Shown here piece by piece: positions 1 to 11,546 of a stretch of 64,000 nt of DNA. The notes below the pieces were generated by a model. The model made no database searches, had not been told where the DNA came from, and saw only the letters and a list, made by a program, of their open reading frames with translations. Positions within the stretch are counted from its first letter, which is position 1. The number at the start of each line of letters is the position of its first letter. A program made the translations under genes and the position numbers. Where the stretch lies: positions 96,001-160,000 of the IMG/VR virus record IMGVR_UViG_3300028833_000067; one strand, written 5' to 3'. The stretch comes from a virus (Duplodnaviria > Caudoviricetes).

Positions 1-1
1 A

Positions 2-286
2 GGTGAAGCGTGCTGGTTAACAACCGCTGAAAAAGCCGCTAATAGTATTGATGTATGCTTAGGAAGTACTGATTCCTATACTCTTGATTATTTAGCACAA
101 TGGCGTATCTGGAGCGGTAATCCTGATGTTATAACAGCTATTAGCACGCCATGGTTAATATCTACTGATGTAATAGAATATAATAGTTATTTTATTAAAG
201 ATAAAAAAGTTATACAATTTTATAAAAAATATAACAGATGGCCAAGTACGCAAGATACTGGTTTTAGAGAATCTATTTACAATTAA
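2..286 (+). CDS. 3' end of hypothetical protein (partial)
   Basis: Open frame from window edge to TAA 284-286. Confidence 0.45.
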   Translation, partial: GEACWLTTAEKAANSIDVCLGSTDSYTLDYLAQWRIWSGNPDVITAISTPWLISTDVIEYNSYFIKDKKVIQFYKKYNRWPSTQDTGFRESIYN

Positions 287-325
287 GTATAAAGGTAGTA
301 TTTCGCTACCATTTCAGGAGGAAAC

Positions 326-640
326 ATGATAAATTTTATTCAACATAACCCCATACATGCAATATCTATGCAATATAATGGATTTAATGCACAAGAAATA
401 ATAGATTTCATCGGTGAAGACATTGCAGAATATCATGAACCAACTAAGACAATTACAATCTACCGTAATAGTTCAGTATATTCATTTTTAGAACCAGGAG
501 ATTATGTAGTACGTAATAAAGCAGGATGGCCGCGTGGTTATAAAGCAGATGAATATATGTATCTTTTTGATGAATTAAATTTACCAGAAGATATAGAATG
601 GAAACAAGAATGGAATGAGATTCCATCTAAATTTATATAA
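326..640 (+). CDS. hypothetical phage protein
   Basis: AGGAGG RBS, 104 aa, 'PGDYVVRN..G.P' motif common in phage proteins. Confidence 0.7.
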   Translation: MINFIQHNPIHAISMQYNGFNAQEIIDFIGEDIAEYHEPTKTITIYRNSSVYSFLEPGDYVVRNKAGWPRGYKADEYMYLFDELNLPEDIEWKQEWNEIPSKFI

Positions 641-701
641 TATAATATTTTGCGCCCAACGGCGCAAAAAGGGCTTCGCCCGATAATGAAAGGAGTATAA
701 A

Positions 702-1091
702 ATGAATTTTAGTATTATAATTGGAATCAGCTTTGCTATATCAATCGCGCAATTCTTACTACTATGGCTTCCATTCTATCTGGACCTTTCCTATTATACT
801 GATTATGGTAACGATTTAATTTGTATTTCTAATAATCACACCTTCAATTGGTTCTTTACCTACTTTTTCCCAGCTCATGCTACTATATATGAAAATCTAT
901 GTGAACGCATCAATAATAATGGACTTGCAATACTACTTCTCCTTCTATCTCTAATAACATTACCTACCATTATTCTAATGTCTCTAATTGGCGCAATTGT
1001 GCTTACTATTCGACTGCTTTGGCAGCGCTTTTGTAAAACATTTTCGCGCCAAGATGAAAAGAATATTGACATATCTGACACTTCTAAATAA
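702..1091 (+). CDS. hypothetical membrane protein
   Basis: AAGGAG RBS, hydrophobic segments. Confidence 0.65.
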   Translation: MNFSIIIGISFAISIAQFLLLWLPFYLDLSYYTDYGNDLICISNNHTFNWFFTYFFPAHATIYENLCERINNNGLAILLLLLSLITLPTIILMSLIGAIVLTIRLLWQRFCKTFSRQDEKNIDISDTSK

Positions 1092-1119
1092 TTGACATTT
1101 TCTAAAATTATGATATAAT
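1092..1119 (+). promoter_or_regulatory. sigma70/sigmaA-type (early) promoter; representative of ~18 copies
   Basis: TTGACA-N-TGATATAAT. Similar TTGAC(A/T)...TATAAT-type sites near 11356, 12908, 28203, 30288, 44251, 45487, 45627, 45877, 48706, 49457, 52733, 54537, 56593, 58445, 59463, 60600, 62416. Confidence 0.8.
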
Positions 1120-1142
1120 AATAATAAAGAAAGGAGATAAAT

Positions 1143-1421
1143 ATGCATAAATATCAAGAAATATATGAGCAATGTGAAAATACAATCGGCTATGATGATA
1201 TGATTGAGCGCGTAGACGCAGATAACCCAAATCTCCTGCCCCGATATCTCGCAGAGAATTGTAAAATGCGTATTTATACTCTTTTTAGCGCCAAAGCGTA
1301 CGATGTCTATAGTGAATTATTTGACTTCCTCGATGGCAATGGCTTTATTATTGAATCCGTAATGCCAGGTATATTTAGAATAACACCAGTAATTAAAGAA
1401 AAAGGAAGTGTGTCCAAGTGA
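1143..1421 (+). CDS. hypothetical protein (DGNGF paralog family)
   Basis: RBS AAGGAG; shares 'F(L/V)DGN(G/N)F' with the genes at 1629 and 2082. Confidence 0.7.
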   Translation: MHKYQEIYEQCENTIGYDDMIERVDADNPNLLPRYLAENCKMRIYTLFSAKAYDVYSELFDFLDGNGFIIESVMPGIFRITPVIKEKGSVSK

Positions 1422-1627
1422 TTACGGCCGCGGAAGCTTACACTGCTACTATTAACAACCACGAACTTAATTCAATTCGTACTCTAATTGCTAATGCGAT
1501 TCGTAGCGGCAATTGCGAATGCTATTATATGCGCCGCACCCTATCCAAGAAAACACGTATTGCCTTGCGGCGGCTCGGCTATCGAGTTTCTGGCGCCGCG
1601 CCATATATTATTAGTTGGAGAAAATAA
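1418..1627 (+). CDS. hypothetical protein (LGY-V..ISW paralog family)
   Basis: Coupled start; paralogous to 3281..3580 and 4116..4373. Confidence 0.65.
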   Translation: MITAAEAYTATINNHELNSIRTLIANAIRSGNCECYYMRRTLSKKTRIALRRLGYRVSGAAPYIISWRK

Positions 1628-1628
1628 A

Positions 1629-2078
1629 ATGGATGAAGATATTGAATTTCTACGAAACTTCATAGAATACGATCGTTATCGTATTGCTGAATTAAGTGAT
1701 AGTCTTCCAAATTTAATGAGTATAATTGGACGTCTTCTACGTAGTCATGCTGCAGGCCCATTTAGTGTTGTATACCGTGATGAAAATGATTTAAAATATG
1801 AATTTATTCAACTATTAGACGGAAATAATTTTGAAGTAGATTATGGTTCTACTCGAATAGGGGTAGTATTTATTGGACAAATTACTCCACTTTATCCAGA
1901 AACGACTGCTACAGTTGAATCAAAAATTGAATTAACTGAATATATTCTAGATGAACCAGAAATAATAAATCCGCCACATAGGGGTTTGCGCGCGAAAATG
2001 CCTCTAATAAATGATATTACATTTGATGGAAGGCCATTGAGTGAACTTATAAAGCCACCTTAGTGTAGAAAGGAATAA
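1629..2078 (+). CDS. hypothetical protein (DGNGF family)
   Basis: ATG after GGAG; TAG at 2061-2063 read as Gln extends the gene to TAA 2076-2078. Confidence 0.55.
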
Positions 2079-2081
2079 GTA

Positions 2082-2312
2082 ATGGATATTAGAGAGTGTG
2101 TTAAGTTCTATGATGACGATGATTTGTCGGAGTTAAAGATAAGATATCCAATACATGTAAAACTTTTAACGGAACTAGCTTCCCATAGACAAGATTATTT
2201 TATCGCGGATAAAATGGATGACTTGCTTGAATATGTAGATGGCAATGGTTTTTCCATTACTTATAATGCCTTTATGGATAAATATATTGTAAGGAGAGAG
2301 AAGACAAAATGA
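2082..2312 (+). CDS. hypothetical protein (DGNGF family)
   Basis: RBS AAGGA, 76 aa. Confidence 0.65.
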   Translation: MDIRECVKFYDDDDLSELKIRYPIHVKLLTELASHRQDYFIADKMDDLLEYVDGNGFSITYNAFMDKYIVRREKTK

Positions 2313-2851
2313 ACTATAACAATGTATGGCATTTTGCCTATGGCAAACGCTATTATTTAACGCATCCTTGGAAGTGGATAAAAGAAGTTGGCTATAATAT
2401 TCGCGCCGCATGGCAGCGCGCAACTCGTGGCTGGACGTATATGGACGTATGGAGTATGGATACTTGGTTTCTCCATACTATTCCTCCAATGCTTCGTTAT
2501 CTAGCAGAAAATGGCCATACATTTCCAGGCGTTGAGCCGTTTGATGGCGAAGAAGGCCCACAGCGCTGGAAAGATTGGCTCATTGAAACCGCAGATTTGC
2601 TAGAAACTGGCCTTGAAGATTGGCAAGATAAACATAATGAGTATTATGAGGAATATATAAAGCATTTGATGGATGATTGGGAACTACCAGTCAAAGATGA
2701 AAATGGTTTTCTTGTTCATAAGCAGCGCGAATCTACTGAGCTTGATAAGAAATACTTTGCGCGCGCGAATGAACTAATGGACCAAGGCGAAAGAAATATT
2801 CATGAGGCTCTAAATAGGATTTCTCAATTTTTCTACTCCCTGTGGGATTAA
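2309..2851 (+). CDS. hypothetical phage protein
   Basis: 180 aa, coupled to neighbours. Confidence 0.7.
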   Translation: MNYNNVWHFAYGKRYYLTHPWKWIKEVGYNIRAAWQRATRGWTYMDVWSMDTWFLHTIPPMLRYLAENGHTFPGVEPFDGEEGPQRWKDWLIETADLLETGLEDWQDKHNEYYEEYIKHLMDDWELPVKDENGFLVHKQRESTELDKKYFARANELMDQGERNIHEALNRISQFFYSLWD

Positions 2852-2862
2852 GGAGGTGCGCG

Positions 2863-3066
2863 ATGACAGCTAGATTAAAGCGCAATGGGCCGAAATTCCA
2901 TTGCTCGAATTGTATGATGGAGGTTCACCCGCGAGAGGGCCAACTTCCAATTTGTTGTGGATTTTGTTCCGCCGTATTTTCCAATTGGGAAGAAATCGCA
3001 ATTGAAGAATATAAAAAGGAATTGGAACATGCGCCAAATTATTTGAATTCTACTGGAGGTAATTAA
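2863..3066 (+). CDS. small Zn-ribbon protein
   Basis: AGGAGG RBS; CSNC...CGFC. Confidence 0.6.
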   Translation: MTARLKRNGPKFHCSNCMMEVHPREGQLPICCGFCSAVFSNWEEIAIEEYKKELEHAPNYLNSTGGN

Positions 3067-3068
3067 AT

Positions 3069-3287
3069 ATGAAAATCGTTTACACTGAAAGATATACTGT
3101 ACTATCGCCGCTTATCCGTTCCCATTACTGTGCCTGTGGCAACCATTCGCCTCGACTTGTAGAACAGCTAGAACCATCTACTGAATATAAATGGCGCGTA
3201 GAGTGTCCAGAATGCTGCCGCGAAACCCCTATGTTTTCATCATCTTCCGAAGCAAAGAGAGCCTGGAGTGAAAATAACCTATGCTAA
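3069..3287 (+). CDS. Lar/restriction-alleviation-like Zn-ribbon protein
   Basis: CACG...VECPEC...EAKRAW pattern. Confidence 0.5.
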   Translation: MKIVYTERYTVLSPLIRSHYCACGNHSPRLVEQLEPSTEYKWRVECPECCRETPMFSSSSEAKRAWSENNLC

Positions 3288-3580
3288 CAATGTTTACAGC
3301 CTTAGAGGCTCGCGCAACAGCATATTTGGTATCATCCGAAGATTACTCACTCTATCAGCATATAGAGATTCGTATTCTTGATAGCGTACAACATGGTGGT
3401 ACTCATATTCTTTATGCTGGAAAAATTACAGAAGGCGTAATTAAGGCGCTACGAGCGCTTGGATATGAGGTTACGCATCTCTACTATGAGGGCACGGAAC
3501 GAATGATACGTATAGATTGGACTAATATTAGGTGCCCGGACAGCTTGATATGTCCGAAAGGAGAATTACAAGATGACTAG
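3281..3580 (+). CDS. hypothetical protein (LGY-V family)
   Basis: LRALGYEV...IRIDW. Confidence 0.65.
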   Translation: MLTMFTALEARATAYLVSSEDYSLYQHIEIRILDSVQHGGTHILYAGKITEGVIKALRALGYEVTHLYYEGTERMIRIDWTNIRCPDSLICPKGELQDD

Positions 3581-3758
3581 ACAAGACATGATTGAAAATT
3601 TGGAATACTTGTGCGGCGGAATCAATGCGCTATATACCATATCTACTAAAGATAGTTCTTTTCAAGAACTACTTGATACTTGGGCTACACTTGCTGAAAG
3701 CGTATTAACCGCTTTGGAGGATGAAGAACGTGAAGACGTACGAAGAGGGAATGATTGA
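3573..3758 (+). CDS. hypothetical protein
   Basis: RBS AAGGAG, coupled. Confidence 0.55.
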   Translation: MTRQDMIENLEYLCGGINALYTISTKDSSFQELLDTWATLAESVLTALEDEEREDVRRGND

Positions 3759-4119
3759 GGCTACTCAAATCATAAATAAAATTTATAGCCTAAGTGATAA
3801 AGAACGCAATATTTTATTTGGAAATAAAGGTTTTTCGGCCTTACTAGCCTCTTCACAAAATATCTTATCCTATAAGGATATTATAGAAAGAAAAGATGAG
3901 TTAATACATAAGTATGTAGAGGTTGGAGATGTACTTAGCCGCGACGGAGTTGAGTATGTAGTGACTTATGTATCGCCGGATAATAAATTCGATATAATTA
4001 CTGTAAATGGGCCTCTTAAAGGAAGCGTTATGAAAGATTTAGATTTTGATGCCTTCGGCGCCGAAAGGACTGAAGACAAATTATATAAAATAGATTTACG
4101 GAGGTATTCTTGGGAATGA
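3721..4119 (+). CDS. hypothetical protein
   Basis: 132-aa ORF, GGAGG RBS. Confidence 0.6.
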   Translation: MKNVKTYEEGMIEATQIINKIYSLSDKERNILFGNKGFSALLASSQNILSYKDIIERKDELIHKYVEVGDVLSRDGVEYVVTYVSPDNKFDIITVNGPLKGSVMKDLDFDAFGAERTEDKLYKIDLRRYSWE

Positions 4120-4373
4120 GTAAGTTTTTGAACAAAGAAGAAGTACAGGCACTAACTAGAGAAAATAAGGATAGTCGGATGCTAATGCAGCAGGAGCGTA
4201 TTGCTGAAACCATTAATAGCGCCGCTTGTAAGGGATTTTATAACTGTGTAATTAAGGGAATTATTTGGCCTAGAATTCGTGACGAACTACTAGAGCTTGG
4301 GTATACCGTAAAGTTTGATAATACTAATACCATTATTAGTTGGGAGGATAATTCAAATGCCGCGGACGCTTGA
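4116..4373 (+). CDS. hypothetical protein (LGY-V family)
   Basis: LLELGYTV...TIISW. Confidence 0.65.
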   Translation: MSKFLNKEEVQALTRENKDSRMLMQQERIAETINSAACKGFYNCVIKGIIWPRIRDELLELGYTVKFDNTNTIISWEDNSNAADA

Positions 4374-4557
4374 AGAGCTAGCTGAAATGCTGTCAAAACG
4401 GGATGGAATTAGTTTTGAAGAAGAAATGGCGGCGATAAGAGATACCGCCGCGGAATTGGAAGCGGCCTTCTATGATGGAAATTTGAATCTTGCAGAAGAT
4501 ATTTTGCGGGAGGATTTGGGATTGGAACCGGAATTTTTGGATTTATTTATTTTTTAA
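4357..4557 (+). CDS. hypothetical protein
   Basis: GGGAGG RBS; 'KRDGIS.EE...LGLEPEF' phage-type motif. Confidence 0.6.
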   Translation: MPRTLEELAEMLSKRDGISFEEEMAAIRDTAAELEAAFYDGNLNLAEDILREDLGLEPEFLDLFIF

Positions 4558-4630
4558 AATAGAATAAAAATGATTAGTCAGACCTTTTTCTTAATACTCT
4601 TAAATAGAAGAATATTAAGGAGATGATAAT

Positions 4631-5677
4631 ATGACAGAATTATCTTATATTGATGGAATAGATTATAAAGGCCGAAAATATTAGAAAGCTATACCAAAAG
4701 AATGGCAATAGAAACGATATGCTAATAAAAAGTTTGGCAAATTATTTGTAGAATGTCCTGTGTATGTAAAAGGATTAGTTACTTAGCCAGATAGCACCAA
4801 TGCTATCTGGTTAACGCATTGTGATTGCGGAAACGATTATTGTATTAGTATGTAGTGGATTAGAAAAGAATTAAAAAAGAATCTTATTCCAGATTGCGGT
4901 TGTGGTGCACGTGAAGAGTAGGATAAAAAATATATAGGAAAAACTTATAATTATTTAACAGTAATTGCACGTGATGATGAATATAAAAAACAAGGACATT
5001 TTAGTAATACGAATACATATTATAAATGTCGATGTATTTGTGGTAATATAATTCCTGTACGAATTAATATTTTAACACATGGAGATGTGAAGTCATGTGG
5101 CTGCTTAAAAGAACAATAGGATAAGATTAATCTTATCCCTAAAGAAATGAATGATTTAACAGGATAGCGATTTGGACATTTAGTTGCATTATCCCCATTT
5201 AAAAATATTAATTATACAGGTAAAGAATATTGGTGGCATTGTCTTTGTGATTGCGGCAACTATACTGATGTACGAGGAACTTGTTTAACACGAGGAGATA
5301 CACAATCTTGCGGTTGTATAAAGATAAGCCGCGGAGAAGAATAGATTAAATAGTTATTAGAAGCTAATCATATTCATTATATATATAATACAGCATACTT
5401 TAAAGATTTAATTTTGCCTTCAGGATTTTTAGGCCGTTATGATTTTATATTGTTTGATAATAATAATTAGCCTTATCGTTTAATTGAATATGATGGACAA
5501 CAGCATTATTAGCCTATTGAACATTTTGGTGGAGAGGCAGATTTTAAAATTAGATAGCTTAATGATAATATAAAAAATAATTATGCTCATATGCATAATA
5601 TTCCTTTAATACGTATTCCATATACTATAACAGAAATTACTATAGAAACTTTATTAGGAGATAAATATTTAGTTTAA
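4631..5677 (+). CDS. putative free-standing homing endonuclease (C-x-C-x-CG repeats + C-terminal PD-(D/E)XK/Vsr-like nuclease), TAG-recoded
   Basis: Continuous frame if TAG=Gln; WHCLCDCGN...SCGC repeats and RYDFIL...LIEYDGQQHY; paralog of 62468..63367. Confidence 0.75.
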
Positions 5678-5783
5678 ATTATTTTTAAAAAAATAAACAA
5701 TACTTTTTATTTCTCCCTCCTACTCAATATAAGAAGAAGTTTATACTTCTTCTTTATTTTTATATAAATGGGGGTGAATAACT

Positions 5784-6155
5784 ATGGAAGCAATAAAGCA
5801 ACAATTCATTTTACCTGTAACGCCATAGCAGACTGCTGTGAAATCATCAGTATACCCCTGGGAACGTACCAACTTATTTGTCTTATGCTAGCAACTTTAT
5901 TCACTTGCCGCAAAAACAGGATATTTAGGTACATTTGAAGAATTTAAGGCGCATTTTGGTGAATACTTAGAATCGGGCGAATCTATTATAGATTATGATA
6001 CTTATACAGGATAGTATGAAGTAACACCATTGCCTAATGTAGCATCAATTTTACGCACTCATAATAAAGTTCTTAAGCATGACGTAGTTATTCAACCTAT
6101 ACCATATTATGAAACAACAAATGAAGCAGGCGGTTATACCGTCATAATTGGATAA
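5784..6155 (+). CDS. virion-associated hypothetical protein (TAG-recoded)
   Basis: GGGGTG RBS; C-terminal 'IPYYETTNEAGGYTVIIG'. Confidence 0.65.
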
Positions 6156-6168
6156 GGAGGAGATTTAA

Positions 6169-6774
6169 ATGGCAAATCTATACAAGAATAAAGTTATTTA
6201 TGGCGGCGATGTACTAATTGACTTAACCTAGGACGATGTAACCGCTGCCGATGTAGCCTCGGGCAAGAAATTTCACTTACCTTCTGGCGCGACCGCAACT
6301 GGTACTAATACTTATGACGCCGATACATCGGATGCAACTGCGGTCGCCGCGGAAATTCTTAGCGACAAAACCGCATATAAAAATGGTACGAAGTTAACAG
6401 GTACTATGCCTAATCGAGGTGCGGTTACTGGCTCTATTACTACTGTTGCAGGTGAATATACAGTACCACAAGGTTATCATGATGGTAGCGGCAAGGTTGC
6501 TATCGCGGCGACAGAGCAGGCAAAACTAATTGCTACAAATATTCGTGAAGGTATTACTGTTTTAGGTGTTACTGGTACTATGAGTGGTAGTGAAGGTGTT
6601 AAAGCCACTGCCGCATCCGTTACTCCATATACTACTGCATAGACAATTACACCTGCGAGTTTAGGTGACTTTAATAGTATTACTCAAATCAATGTTGCCG
6701 CGATTGCTTATACAGAAAGTGATAATGCCGCAGGTGGTGTCACAGTTACAATTGGTACTGTTGCGCCAGCGTGA
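6169..6774 (+). CDS. tail-associated structural protein (TAG-recoded)
   Basis: AGGAGG RBS; LIDLT.DDVT..DV..GK, GTMPNRGA, YTVPQGYHDGSGKV tail-protein repeats. Confidence 0.7.
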
Positions 6775-6788
6775 GGTGGTGAAGCATA

Positions 6789-7205
6789 ATGGCAAATAAT
6801 CCTTATATAAATAAAATAAGTTATGGGGATTAGACCTTAATTGATTTGACTGCTGATACAGTTGCGGCAAACACATTATTAAGTGGATATACCGCGCACG
6901 ACGCTTCGGGCGCAATAGTTACTGGTACTATTTAGGCAAAAACATAGAATGATGTGACTATTGACGGCACTGAGGTTAATGTAATAGCAGGATATTATCC
7001 ATCTGTTAATAAGAATATAGATGGGATTTAGCTAACTGTTCCAGAAAGTAATACACATGATTTTTATATTGATTTTCCAGATACTATTGCGCCCGCGTCT
7101 GCTAGTGATTGGTCGCGTATTGTTTTTAGTGTGGATGATGAAGGGAATTCAACGGTGACGGATAGCTAGATGAATTTAATTGCGGCTGAGGAGGTATCTT
7201 TTTAA
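6789..7205 (+). CDS. tail-associated structural protein (TAG-recoded)
   Basis: N-terminus paralogous to preceding gene (LIDLTADTV..LLSGYTAHDASG). Confidence 0.65.
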
Positions 7206-9130
7206 TGAATGATATTTATACTTTATAGAAATCCACATTGGATGGATTAGGAGATGCTATGCGTAAGCATTTCGATACAACAGATACCTTTACGCCGCTG
7301 GAAATGATTGAAACATTAAATACGGCAGATACTAGTCTACTTGACATACAATTAAATAATAATTTGCATATTAATCCAACTACTGGAAAATGGGAGCGTC
7401 CCGAAACTTGGCCTGACATAGATGCCCTAGCCGCGGAATGCGATGGAGAAGAAGACTGCTTATATCTTACATATGATTTAACTGTTCACCCTGATTATCA
7501 CTGGATAGGGATATTTGTAAATATGTCAGAAGGAGACACTTGGTATTTAGATAGATATGATGAGGGTGAATTTACTCATACGCATCTATCTGCTTCAAAA
7601 AATGATAGAATAAGGTATGACTTAACTGAGGAACCGGATAATAGTACAGTATAGGTTTGGCGGTTAACTTCTAATGGACATATTAATCATTTTGGTTTTG
7701 TGCCAAATACCACGGTAGAAGCAGAAAACTTTGCCAATAACTTACAGCCCTGTGTTGACCGTGCGGGAATATTGCCTTGGTGTGTACGGGTAGGTCCTGC
7801 TGATAATTTCAGTGGCTATAGAGGTCCAAATAGCTATATTGGCACAACATTCTGGCTAGAACATGACGCCTTAACATTCGGAACAAAAGCAAGTGTTACT
7901 AGTTTACGCAATTTTTGGCTTGAAGCGAGACGGTTAGCCGTAATAGATACAAGTAATTGGAATACAAGTGGCTGGGCAGTTACAAGTTTAAATTCTACAT
8001 GGAAATCTTGTACTTCTTTAATAGAATTAGAATTAAATAATTTAGATACAAGTAATTGGGAAGTAAATAATATGGCGAATGCTTGGTCGGAATGTTTATC
8101 GCTACGACAATTGGATTTGAGTAATTGGAATACTTCCAACTGGTCTGTAGCGAATCTTTAGAGTACTTGGTTTCGCTGTTATAGCCTAAAAGAATTAGAT
8201 ATTAGTACTTGGGATACTTCGAATTGGGCGGTTACAACGATACAGGACTGCTGGAATTTCTGTTATAATTTAGAAAAATTAGATTTAAATAATTGGGATA
8301 CTTCCAATTGGCGAGTGTCAACATTAAATAGTACTTGGAATTAGTGTTATAGTTTAAAAAAATTAAATATAGACAACTGGAATGTTAGCAATTGGCCGAT
8401 AACTACCTTATCCTCGACTTGGAATGGTTGTCGATCGTTAAAACAACTAAATTTAAATAAATGGGATACTTCAAATTGGAAATTAACATCTCTACAGAAT
8501 GCTTGGTAGGAATGTTATAGTTTAAAACAATTAGACATTGATGAATGGAATACCGGGAATTGGCTACTAACTACTTTGTCAGGTACTTGGAGATATTGTT
8601 ATAGTTTATAGAAATTAGATTTAAATAGTTGGGATACTAGTAATTGGTCATTAACATCATTATATTCGACTTGGCAAGGTTGTTATTCATTACAAGAATT
8701 AAATATTAATGAATGGAATACACAAAATTGGGAAATACACGATATGCGTAATATAATTAATAGCTGTTATAATTTAAAAATCTTTGATATCGAAGACTGG
8801 GATATAACAAATTGGAGTAATATTAATTTTCAAAGTGCTTTCGAGAACACATGGGTGCTATAGATTTGTCGACTTCCATTAGGACTCCCAGTAACTTCTA
8901 ACTTTGGATATCCTAACGGTATGGCATTAATATATTATTCAGGATATGGTATTAATATTAATCATAATCTTTCGAGTACTAAATTAACAGCTGAATCCAT
9001 CCGATCTATTTTCAGCCGCTTACCAACCATCTCTAACTCATTAACAATTACTCTCGGCGCGGAAAATCTTCTCAAAGTAACCGCAGAAGACATCGCAGTT
9101 GCAACTAACAAAGGCTGGACAGTAGCATAA
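7205..9130 (+). CDS. BspA/DUF285-like leucine-rich repeat protein (~641 aa, TAG-recoded)
   Basis: ORFs 7238, 7700 and 8921 are in one frame; ~28-aa repeats W..CYSL..LDL..WDTSNW; C-terminal IAVATNKGWTVA. Confidence 0.8.
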
Positions 9131-9144
9131 GGAAGGTGATTTAA

Positions 9145-10596
9145 ATGGCAGATATAAATTTTGGCGTAAACCTAGTCCCTAAATTAGACAGTCTTTACAC
9201 ACTAGGAAACGCAAATTATAAATGGAATATATTCGCTAACTCTATTAATGGCACTTCAATTGCCAATGCCCTTCTACCTTCTGTTACTTCTAATAACAAT
9301 GGACAAATTCTAAAGGTTGATAACGGTGCTTGGACCGTAGGCGAAGCGCCCACCTCGCTTCCTGCTATTTCCGTACTAGACAACAATAGTATCTTATAGG
9401 TATAGAATGGCGGATGGGTTGTTGCGCCATTGAACGAAATGACTGGAGCTACTAGTTCTGCGAATGGAGAAGTTGGCTTAGTACCAGCACCAAATATGGG
9501 AGATTAGAATAAATATTTAAAAGCAGATGGAACTTGGGATACCAATGTAGTGTTTTTAGATTATAATGTAAGTACGTGGAATGATTTTCTTACCGCATAT
9601 AATGCAGGAAAAAGCATTTATTGTAAAGTACAAAACACTACTAATGAATGGAGAATTGTACCACTTACATATATTGATTTAAATGACGGAAATGCAGAAT
9701 TTAACTATTATAGATCAAGAGATATAACTAGTGGATATGCGCCAGATGAAGTACATGTATATAAACTTATGCGAAATAGTAATGCATGGGATACAACTGT
9801 TAGACTTATTAACTTTTCACTTGCGACTACCTCAGCACCAGGGTTACTAGAAGCGGCAGACAAAACTAAATTAAATAAAATTGATATTAGCAATAATCAT
9901 TTCTCTGTTCGTGGCGATATATATATGGAATGTGATGCTGAATTCCTTAATGGACAAAAAGTAGCTAGCGAAAATTATGTTGACACCGCTGTATCAAATG
10001 CTGTTATTTCAAGTGGTAGCGGAGTATCTACTCCAATGGTTGGTGCTTCTGCAAGTCTAGATGGCGCGACGGGTCTTGTTCCAGCACCACAAGCGGGAGA
10101 TTAGGATAAATTCCTCGCTGGTGATGGTACTTTTAAATCTGGTGGATTACCTATGGTTATTTTAAGTTATGGAAATTCTACTTGGAGTGATTTTATTAAT
10201 GCTTATAATAATAATGTTATTGTATATTGCCGCGCTTCATCTAATAGTAATCCCGCGAGCGGTAGTTAGACACGTATGGCATTTATGGCGTATGTAAATA
10301 ATGCATCTTCTCCGACAGAAGTAGAATTTCAATACTATCGTTCTGTTAGCTCGCATAGTGCTACGCAAATGGGCGACCAAGTATTTGTTTATAAATTAAA
10401 TAATAAAGGTACTTGGAGCGTTACGACTCGTGAAGCAAGTATTAAACAAATTAAAGTTGATAGTAACGATCCGGGCACTGTATCTTGGAGCGGTAATGTT
10501 GTTACTCTTAAAAGTGGTCTTCCCAAGGTTTCATCTGCGGATGAAGGAAAAATATTAAAGGTAGTAAATGGCGTCTGGACCGCCGTTGATCCATAA
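9145..10596 (+). CDS. tail fibre/receptor-binding-like protein (TAG-recoded)
   Basis: ORFs 9145, 9550 and 10276 in one frame; duplicated GLVPAP..GD(Q)..(Y/F)L..DGT and G.ILKV.NG.W motifs. Confidence 0.75.
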
Positions 10597-10610
10597 ATGA
10601 GGTGAATTAA

Positions 10611-10856
10611 ATGACAAACGTATATTTCGTCGATCAAGTACAACATAACAAAACTAACGATACTTGGACTAAAGGTGTCGTAATAAAATCTGATCCAGAA
10701 AAAGATAATGAAGCTGAGGCTTTACAAGCATACCATTCTTATCTTGGCGCCTATGCCTATGGCCACGCGCCTGACATTGATTATGTATATTGTCGCTTAA
10801 CTGCTGCTAATAATGTACGTGAGCCAATGGAAGAAGAATGGGAAGCTTTAACTTAA
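10611..10856 (+). CDS. hypothetical protein
   Basis: GAGGTG RBS; similar to repeat unit of next gene. Confidence 0.7.
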   Translation: MTNVYFVDQVQHNKTNDTWTKGVVIKSDPEKDNEAEALQAYHSYLGAYAYGHAPDIDYVYCRLTAANNVREPMEEEWEALT

Positions 10857-10873
10857 CATAGAGGTGATACACT

Positions 10874-11323
10874 ATGGAAAATAAATTCTTCTTACATCGT
10901 ATTCGTAAAGAGGGCGATACTTATACTAAGGGCATTGAAGTACACGATACTCTCGATGCCGCTATCCAAGCCTTCCATTCTCAAATGAAAATGGGATATA
11001 ATAATCCATCTTACCCTAATATGAAATATATTTCTTGTATGGTAACTGATGAACAGGATAATGTTGTGGAAGACTATAATGAGGCTTGGAGTAAAGAAGT
11101 TATAACTGATTTTTTCGTTCATTATATTCGCCATGATGGAGATGCCTACACAAAAGGAATTGATATATATACAGATTATAATGACGCAATTCGTGCGTTT
11201 CATACTCAATTGGAGTACGGTTATGGTAATAGTAAATATGCTAATATAAGCTTCGTTTCCAGCAAAATAACTGGCGGTTCTGGCGTAGAACATCGTGCGG
11301 AAGCTTGGACTAAATCTGAATAA
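10874..11323 (+). CDS. hypothetical protein with internal duplication
   Basis: Two copies of FF.H.IR..GD.YTKGI...AI.AFH.Q..GY. Confidence 0.75.
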   Translation: MENKFFLHRIRKEGDTYTKGIEVHDTLDAAIQAFHSQMKMGYNNPSYPNMKYISCMVTDEQDNVVEDYNEAWSKEVITDFFVHYIRHDGDAYTKGIDIYTDYNDAIRAFHTQLEYGYGNSKYANISFVSSKITGGSGVEHRAEAWTKSE

Positions 11324-11325
11324 TA

Positions 11326-11353
11326 ATAGCGGCAGAAATGCCGCTATTTTTTT
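11326..11353 (+). terminator. intrinsic terminator
   Basis: ATAGCGGCA-GAAA-TGCCGCTAT + T tract. Confidence 0.8.
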
Positions 11354-11546
11354 ATTTGACTTTCTTCAAATTTATGCTATAATAATTATAGAAAATAGAA
11401 AAGGAGCATAATATGTGTTTTAGGAAATTATGGCATAGGCGTTGCCGCCATAGGTGGACTGTACTTTATCGCGGGAGAATGCAATCTTTATATCATTGTA
11501 TGTATTGTAATAAAGAACGATGGATGAAAACTAATTAAGAGGAAAA

